NCBI GenBank assembly: GCA_036004925.1
Contig: DASYRC010000063.1
Coordinates: forward strand, 29,970 to 93,969
Length of the DNA: 64,000 nucleotides
Origin: Nitrospiraceae bacterium
GTDB lineage: Bacteria > Nitrospirota > Nitrospiria > Nitrospirales > Nitrospiraceae
Direction of reading: 5' to 3'
In this document: positions 57,103 to 64,000 of the stretch, in pieces
Position numbering within the stretch: the stretch's first letter is position 1
Layout: every line of letters begins with the position of its first letter
Translations under genes and position numbers: made by a program
Notes under the pieces: generated by a model
Database searches by the model: none
Seen by the model: only the letters and a program-made list of their open reading frames with translations
What the model was told of the DNA's origin: nothing

Positions 57103-57594
57103 ATGTGGGGACAGGAGAAAAAAATAGAGACGAGCTCAAGGGAGCAGGAAGGCGGAGAGGTTGTCATGATTGCTGCTAACCCAACAATTCCTGAAGGGGC
57201 TGGAGACATTTGTGCCTTTGTGGGAAAGGGAGTTGAATTCAAAGGCACTATCACCTACAGTGGCACGGTTAAAATTGATGGGTATCTCGACGGAGAAATT
57301 CATACTGATGGCGTGCTGCTGATCGGTGAAGAGGCCGTCATCCAGGCAAAAATTACCGCCGGAACCATCGTGTGTAAAGGAAAGGTCACCGGGGATGTCG
57401 TGGCGAAGGAGTGCGTGAAGCTTAGAGCTCCGGCCGTAATGAACGGGAGTGTCAAGGCGCCAGTCCTTTCAATGGAAGATGGCGTGCTCTTCAACGGTGC
57501 ACTCGAAATGGCTCACGCCGTGCGCGAGGTCTCTCGGGAGCTGCATGCCGTCGGAATGATCATGCCCCCTAACATTAAGCGAGTCAATGGTTAG
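57103..57594 (+). CDS. Bactofilin family protein (paralog A)
   Basis: Repetitive beta-helix core GKGVEFKGTITYSGTVKIDGYLDGEIHTDGVLLIGEEAVIQAKITAGTIVCKGKVTGDV. ATG at 57103, preceded by GGAGG. Confidence 0.8.
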   Translation: MWGQEKKIETSSREQEGGEVVMIAANPTIPEGAGDICAFVGKGVEFKGTITYSGTVKIDGYLDGEIHTDGVLLIGEEAVIQAKITAGTIVCKGKVTGDVVAKECVKLRAPAVMNGSVKAPVLSMEDGVLFNGALEMAHAVREVSRELHAVGMIMPPNIKRVNG

Positions 57595-57683
57595 TGGGGA
57601 TATTACTATTTAGGTATTTATCCTGCGCATTCTTTGTGTGGTCATGGGCCATGCATGTGTGGGAAGAGTCTTAGGAGGCGATC

Positions 57684-58109
57684 ATGTGGGCAACGAAAGA
57701 ACGGGGCCAGCAAGTCGAACAGAACAGCGAGAATTTTACGCTTCTAGGGAAAGGCGTGGACTTCAAGGGCGTGGTGAGTTTTGATGGCACCGTTCGGGTT
57801 GATGGGCGCGTCGAAGGCGAGATTCATACAACCGGAACATTAATCGTCGGAGAGCATGCCATGATCGAGGGCATCGTGTCAGCCGGAGTGCTCATGAATA
57901 GCGGCAAGATCAATGGCACCATTACTGCCTCTGAAAAGATTCACATCTTGAAACCAGGCGTTCTTGTTGGCGATATCCGGACCCCTGTCATTGCGATCGA
58001 AGAAGGCTCTCATTTCCATGGCATGTGTGACATGGGAGCTCATCATTGGAGTAACCAACGCACCCTCTCGGTCGACACGTCTCCCGGCCTTGTTGCAGCC
58101 GCTCATTAG
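57684..58109 (+). CDS. Bactofilin family protein (paralog B)
   Basis: 141 aa. GKGVDFKGVVSFDGTVRVDGRVEGEIHTTGTLIVGEHAMIEGIVSAGVLMNSGKINGTI. Preceded by AGGAGG. Confidence 0.8.
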   Translation: MWATKERGQQVEQNSENFTLLGKGVDFKGVVSFDGTVRVDGRVEGEIHTTGTLIVGEHAMIEGIVSAGVLMNSGKINGTITASEKIHILKPGVLVGDIRTPVIAIEEGSHFHGMCDMGAHHWSNQRTLSVDTSPGLVAAAH

Positions 58110-58129
58110 CCGCAGAGAGCAGCCCCCTA

Positions 58130-58326
58130 GCAGGATGCTGAAAAAGTCCTCCAGCCGCGTTCTCGCTTCGCTCCGAGGCTCAACGTACCGAAGCGTACGC
58201 CTTCGCCTCTTGGCTCACTGCGGCCTTGCTGGACGGCCTTTTTGAACATCCTGCGCGGTGTTCTCCTGTTGTCCTAGACATGGGGACCATTGACTTCCAC
58301 AGTGCCACAATAATTTTTCCGCAACC
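58130..58326 (-). repeat. Composite intergenic repeat, copy 1D (inverted orientation)
   Basis: Palindrome from GCAGGATGCTGAAAAAGTCC (58130) to GGCCTTTTTGAACATCCTGC (58254). It is followed by the reverse complement of the leader (GTTCTCCTGTTGTCCTAGACATGGGGACCATTGACTTCCACAGTGCCACAATAATTTTTCCGCAACC). Confidence 0.85.
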
Positions 58327-58367
58327 TGCTAGCCCTTTTCCTGTCTCCTCAGTACAATAGCGCCCCT

Positions 58368-59450
58368 ATGGCTCGCCCTACAGTTCTCCTTGGCATGAGC
58401 GGCGGAGTGGACAGCTCTGTCGCCGCAGCGCTTCTGGTACGCCAGGGCTACGACGTGCATGGCGTCACGCTTCAGGTCTGGGAGCACGAAGACGAAACGG
58501 TCGCGGTCTCTAAGCGCTGGGAGGAACGTGGGTGCTGCAAGGTTGGCATCGCCCGGTATGTCGCGCAAACATTGAAGATCCCACATGAGGTGGTCGACAC
58601 CAGAGAAACCTTTCGTGCCGGCGTGATCGATGACTTTATTGCCGGCTATCTCGAAGGCACAACGCCTAATCCCTGTGTCCGCTGCAATGAACGCGTCAAA
58701 CTGCTGGGTCTCATCGAGCTTGCGGACGCCCGCGGGATCCATTTTGTAGCCACTGGCCATTATGTTCGCATTGGCGAATCCGAAGGACTGCCGACTCTTC
58801 GGCGAGCAGCCGATCTCAAGAAAGATCAAAGCTACTTCCTTTATCGGCTTCGTCAGTCATGGCTCGCGCGCCTTCTCTTTCCTGTGGGAGGCATGCAGAA
58901 GACGGACGTATGGATGGAAGCAGAGGCTCTGGGCCTTCCCGTGGACGAATTGAAGGAAAGCCAGGAAATCTGCTTCGTGAGCCACGGCGATTATCGAACC
59001 TTTATCGAAAAGGAAACGCCTGCTGCCAAGAAACCAGGGGCCTTCGTAGACGAAGAAGGCCGATATTTAGGCGACCATGAGGGAATCGCCTTTTATACGC
59101 CAGGCCAACGACGAGGTCTCGGTATTGCGACAGGCCGCAGGCTCTATGTTCAGCACGTACAGCCCGCTACCAATACTGTCGTCCTTGGAACAGAAGAGTC
59201 CCTGCGTTGCGGGCAATGTGATGTCACGGATCTAAATCTCTTCGATTCCTCACTGCTCAGTGGATCAACAGAGGTCGAGGTCAAGGTCCGGTATGCGACG
59301 CCTGCCACGCCGGCGACCCTCCAATCTCTTTCAGAGGGTACCCTGCGCATTCTCTTCCATGAGCCACAACGCGCATTGAGCCCGGGGCAATCAGCGGTGT
59401 TCTATCGAAACGATCATCTGCTGGGCGGCGGCATCATCCAATCACCCTAG
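58368..59450 (+). CDS. mnmA: tRNA-specific 2-thiouridylase MnmA
   Basis: 360 aa. PP-loop GMSGGVDSSVAA and the conserved NPCVRCN. Confidence 0.9.
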   Translation: MARPTVLLGMSGGVDSSVAAALLVRQGYDVHGVTLQVWEHEDETVAVSKRWEERGCCKVGIARYVAQTLKIPHEVVDTRETFRAGVIDDFIAGYLEGTTPNPCVRCNERVKLLGLIELADARGIHFVATGHYVRIGESEGLPTLRRAADLKKDQSYFLYRLRQSWLARLLFPVGGMQKTDVWMEAEALGLPVDELKESQEICFVSHGDYRTFIEKETPAAKKPGAFVDEEGRYLGDHEGIAFYTPGQRRGLGIATGRRLYVQHVQPATNTVVLGTEESLRCGQCDVTDLNLFDSSLLSGSTEVEVKVRYATPATPATLQSLSEGTLRILFHEPQRALSPGQSAVFYRNDHLLGGGIIQSP

Positions 59451-59577
59451 CTTCGTCATTCTCCCACCATCGTATTGACAGTCCTCATCCGCCAATGCTA
59501 ACTTGGCGCGCCGCTTTTCGTGCAAGTGCACGAATACTTATTCCTTTGTCAAAAACAAGAGTAAACGGACCCGTATA

Positions 59578-60117
59578 GTGATTAAGACAGCAGTGGCGCG
59601 ACGTTACGCACAGGCGCTCTTTGAGCTACTCGACGCATCCACCATTGAGCCGACCCGCGAGGCCTTAACGGGGTTGGGTCAAGCGATCAAGGATTCGGTC
59701 GCCTTGCGCCATGTCGTGGTCTCGCCGGTGTTTGGCGCCGAAATCAAAATTGCCGTCCTCGCAGAACTCGGTTCACGTCTGGGATGTCCTCCCGTCGGAA
59801 AAACATTTCTCGGACAGTTGGTGAAGAAGAATCGCGTCGGCTTTCTTCCTGAAATCGCCGAGGCCTTCGCGAAGCTTGCCGATGCGTCGAAAGGCATTCA
59901 GCAAATCACCGTAGCCTCCGCCACGGCCTTGCCCCCGACTGAACAAGATCGAATCAGCACTCGCTTGCGCGAAATGCTCAAGCGTCAAATCGAGGTGACC
60001 TTTCGCACGGATGCCCGCCATCTCGCCGGCGTGCAGATCCATCTCGGCAGCACGGTCATCGATAGCACCGTCCGCGGGCGGTTACAAGCAATGCAGAGTT
60101 TGTTGACGAAGGAGTAG
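59578..60117 (+). CDS. atpH: F-type ATP synthase subunit delta (OSCP)
   Basis: In-frame GTG at 59578 gives (M)[17 protein letters not shown], the canonical delta N-terminus. The track ORF starts 25 codons upstream with non-homologous sequence. Confidence 0.8.
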   Translation: MIKTAVARRYAQALFELLDASTIEPTREALTGLGQAIKDSVALRHVVVSPVFGAEIKIAVLAELGSRLGCPPVGKTFLGQLVKKNRVGFLPEIAEAFAKLADASKGIQQITVASATALPPTEQDRISTRLREMLKRQIEVTFRTDARHLAGVQIHLGSTVIDSTVRGRLQAMQSLLTKE

Positions 60118-60119
60118 AC

Positions 60120-61640
60120 ATGCAGATCAAGGCAGAAGAAATTAGTTCGATCATCAAGGAAAAGATCAAAGGCTTCGACAAACAGGTCGACGTCAAGCAG
60201 ACCGGCTCAGTCATCCAAGTCGGAGACGGAATAGCCAAGGTCTATGGTCTCGACGGCGCCATGGCCGGCGAAATGCTCGAATTCCCCGGCGGCCTCTATG
60301 GGATTGCGCTGAATCTTGAAGAAGACAACGTCGGCGCCGTGCTCATGGGCGATGACGTCGGGGTCAAGGAAGGCGATCCGGTTAAGCGCACGGGACGTAT
60401 TGCGGAAATTCCAGTCGGCGAGGCCTTGATCGGCCGTGTGGTGAATGCGATTGGCCAGCCGATCGATGGCAAGGGTCCGATTAAGTCGACCCTTTCGTCC
60501 CGTATTGAGGTCGTGGCCCCTGGGGTGAATACACGTCAGTCTGTGCGTGAACCTCTGCAAACGGGCATCAAGGCCATCGATGCCATGATCCCCATCGGCC
60601 GCGGACAGCGTGAGTTGATCATCGGCGACCGGCAGACCGGCAAGACCGCCATTGCCGTCGATACGATCATCAATCAAAAGGGCCTCGACGTCTTTTGTAT
60701 CTACGTCGCCATCGGCCAGAAACGTTCAACCGTGGCACGTGTCGTCAAGACGCTTGAAGAGAACCACGCGATGGATTTCAGCATCGTGGTGGCAGCCACC
60801 GCGAGCGATGCGGCGCCCATGCAGTATCTTGCGCCCTTCTCCGGTGCAGCCATCGGCGAGTACTTCCGGGATAACGGCAAACATGCGTTGATCGTCTATG
60901 ACGACCTCTCCAAACACGCCGTGGCCTATCGTCAGCTGTCTCTCTTGCTCCGTCGTCCCCCAGGCCGCGAAGCCTATCCGGGCGACGTGTTCTATCTGCA
61001 CTCCCGGTTGTTGGAGCGTGCAGCCAAGCTCAGTGACCAGCTCGGGGGGGGAAGCCTCACCGCACTGCCGATCATTGAAACGCAAGCCGGCGACGTGTCC
61101 GCCTACATTCCAACCAACGTCATTTCGATCACCGACGGGCAGATCTATCTCGGCAGTGATCTGTTCTACTCCGGTATTCGCCCCGCGATTAACGTGGGTC
61201 TGTCAGTCTCCCGCGTCGGGGGTTCGGCTCAGATCAAGACCATGAAGCAGGTGGCCGGTACCCTTCGGCTCGACCTCGCGCAGTACCGGGAAATGGCCGC
61301 GTTCGCCCAATTCGGCAGCGAACTCGACAAATCGACGCAGATGCAGCTTGCGCGCGGCGTTCGGATGGTCGAGTTGCTCAAGCAGGGGCAATACAGACCC
61401 ATGCCGGTCGCCGATCAAGTGCTGTCGATTTACGCCGGCGTCAACGGATACCTGGACGATGTCCCGGTTGATACAGTGCAACAGTTTGAAGCCGACCTGC
61501 TGCACTACGTGCAACAGCACCATCATGAGCTGAAGAAAGAAATCGCGAGCATCGGAAAGATCGATGACAAGGTCGCCGGCAGACTGAAAGAGATCCTCGC
61601 GACCTTTAAACAAAAGATGGGGTACGGCGCAAAACCATAG
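60120..61640 (+). CDS. atpA: F-type ATP synthase subunit alpha
   Basis: 506 aa. Walker [10 protein letters not shown] and [41 protein letters not shown]. Confidence 0.95.
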   Translation: MQIKAEEISSIIKEKIKGFDKQVDVKQTGSVIQVGDGIAKVYGLDGAMAGEMLEFPGGLYGIALNLEEDNVGAVLMGDDVGVKEGDPVKRTGRIAEIPVGEALIGRVVNAIGQPIDGKGPIKSTLSSRIEVVAPGVNTRQSVREPLQTGIKAIDAMIPIGRGQRELIIGDRQTGKTAIAVDTIINQKGLDVFCIYVAIGQKRSTVARVVKTLEENHAMDFSIVVAATASDAAPMQYLAPFSGAAIGEYFRDNGKHALIVYDDLSKHAVAYRQLSLLLRRPPGREAYPGDVFYLHSRLLERAAKLSDQLGGGSLTALPIIETQAGDVSAYIPTNVISITDGQIYLGSDLFYSGIRPAINVGLSVSRVGGSAQIKTMKQVAGTLRLDLAQYREMAAFAQFGSELDKSTQMQLARGVRMVELLKQGQYRPMPVADQVLSIYAGVNGYLDDVPVDTVQQFEADLLHYVQQHHHELKKEIASIGKIDDKVAGRLKEILATFKQKMGYGAKP

Positions 61641-61693
61641 TTCATAATTTTCAATTTTGAATTCTCAATTGGGGCGCTGAGGCCCCTGATGCC

Positions 61694-62572
61694 ATGCCTA
61701 GTTTACAGAGTCTACGCCGTAAAATAGCGGCGTTTAAGAATACACAAAAGATTACCAAGGCCATGAAGATGGTGGCAGCGGCGAAACTGAAACGGTCGCA
61801 GGACCGTATTCTGGCGGCGCGCCCCTACGCCCTCAAGATGCGGAGTGTGCTGGGCAACCTGAGCCGGCGGGTGAATCGGTCTTCGCATCCTCTGCTGCAG
61901 AAGCGTGAAGGGAAGAAGGTCGAAGTGCTCGTCGTCACGAGCGATCGCGGGCTGTGCGGCGGGTTCAATGGCAATATTGTGCGGAAGAGCTCGGAGTTTG
62001 TGCGGGAATGTGAGGCCCGTGGCTTACAGGTCAATTTGAGCATCGTGGGACGCAAAGGCCGTGACTATTTTCGTCGCCGCACCTGGCCGATCAGGCAAGA
62101 GTGGACCGGCATCTTCGACAGGCTCACGTTCGAACACGCTATCGATATCGGCGGCGATCTGACCGACCACTTCGTCAAGGGCACGTTCGACGAACTCTAC
62201 ATTGTCTATAATGAGTTCAAGTCAGCCATTCAACAGCGTGTGATCGTGGAGAAGCTGTTCCCCGTCGATGCCGCAGCCGAGTTTGGGGCGGCGCAGGCTG
62301 AAGGCACGACCGGCGGCAGTTATCTCTATGAACCGGACGAAGCCGAGCTCTTAAACGTCTTCGTTCCGAAACATTTCCAGACGCAGACGTTTCGCATTCT
62401 GCTGGAATCAGCCGCGGCGGAACATGGCGCCAGGATGTCGGCGATGGACGGTGCGACGCGGAACGCGGGACAACTCATCATGAAAGTGACCTTGCATTAC
62501 AACAAGACCCGCCAGACCGCCATTACCAAAGAACTGATGGACATCGTCGGCGGGGCCGAGGCACTCAAATAA
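61694..62572 (+). CDS. atpG: F-type ATP synthase subunit gamma
   Basis: 292 aa. N-terminus SLQSLRRKIAAFKNTQKITKAMKMVAAAKL and C-terminus NKTRQTAITKELMDIVGGAEAL. Confidence 0.9.
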   Translation: MPSLQSLRRKIAAFKNTQKITKAMKMVAAAKLKRSQDRILAARPYALKMRSVLGNLSRRVNRSSHPLLQKREGKKVEVLVVTSDRGLCGGFNGNIVRKSSEFVRECEARGLQVNLSIVGRKGRDYFRRRTWPIRQEWTGIFDRLTFEHAIDIGGDLTDHFVKGTFDELYIVYNEFKSAIQQRVIVEKLFPVDAAAEFGAAQAEGTTGGSYLYEPDEAELLNVFVPKHFQTQTFRILLESAAAEHGARMSAMDGATRNAGQLIMKVTLHYNKTRQTAITKELMDIVGGAEALK

Positions 62573-62575
62573 GAT

Positions 62576-62662
62576 CAATGTTCAATGCTAAATTTTGAAT
62601 GTTTAATTTAGGATGAGCGCATTTTCAGCCGATTTAACATTCAACATTGAGAATTCAAAATT
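62576..62662. repeat. TGAATGT-word hairpin in the atpG-atpD spacer
   Basis: TTGAATGTTTAAT (62595-62607) pairs with ATTTAACATTCAA (62632-62644) with one mismatch. The 24-mer at 62639-62662 is identical at 23 of 24 positions to 23394-23417. Confidence 0.8.
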
Positions 62663-62675
62663 ACACCAAAGGTGA

Positions 62676-64000
<1,325 letters not shown>

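Noticed and set aside
58303-58308. Sigma-54-like TGGCAC (minus strand) in the leader of composite copy 1D, with N5 spacing to a second block. There is also a TGGCAC at 855-860.
   Set aside because: The -12 element (TTGCA/T) is not present (AAGTC/AACTT instead). The other leader copies have TTGCAC or TAACAC instead of TGGCAC, so the match is not a conserved feature.

Overview
GC-rich bacterial chromosomal window made up mostly of core housekeeping operons. My impression is that the gene content and intergenic repeats look Nitrospirota-like, but I cannot verify that here.

Layout:
- Left ~47 kb, almost all minus strand: uvrC (partial), dapF, a VOC enzyme, a GNAT, a polysaccharide deacetylase, an M50 protease (plus strand), an unknown polytopic membrane protein and a YihY-family protein.
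- A complete NADH:quinone oxidoreductase operon nuoA-N with fused nuoCD, preceded by a MidA/NDUFAF7-type methyltransferase, then secA.
- A plus-strand island at 28.5-36.3 kb: two paralogous unknown His/Cys small proteins, an OMP, a TlpA-like thioredoxin, a degenerate HMA-fold protein, and tesA-ybbA-ybbP.
- A PQQ-type sugar dehydrogenase and a tightly packed pgi-pgl-glk-rpiA-pepN operon.
- Gene orientation flips at 47.05-47.8 kb. The right 16 kb is the classic origin-proximal block rpmH-rnpA-(yidD-like)-yidC-mnmE-mnmG-rsmG-parA-parB with two parS palindromes, followed by two bactofilins, mnmA and atpH-A-G-D (atpD runs off the edge).

I saw no rRNA, tRNA, CRISPR array, transposase, integrase or recognisable defence gene.

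The unexplained content falls into two groups:
1. The 28.5-31.6 kb cluster built around a duplicated, unrecognised small secreted protein with an H-x3-HAHH-x-AATH-x-T-x-LCSW-x-C motif. This is my best candidate for an undescribed protein system, possibly periplasmic metal handling.
2. A dense population of non-coding repeats:
   - an oriented composite element (conserved leader plus long palindrome with GCAGGATGCTCAAAAA termini, 4 copies);
   - a GGTTTGT-word hairpin family (4 copies);
   - a MITE-like element with 16-bp terminal inverted repeats flanking tesA;
   - 'tandem-word hairpins' in nearly every intercistronic spacer of the nuo and atp operons. One word family is shared between the two operons.

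All functional interpretations of these repeats are inference.
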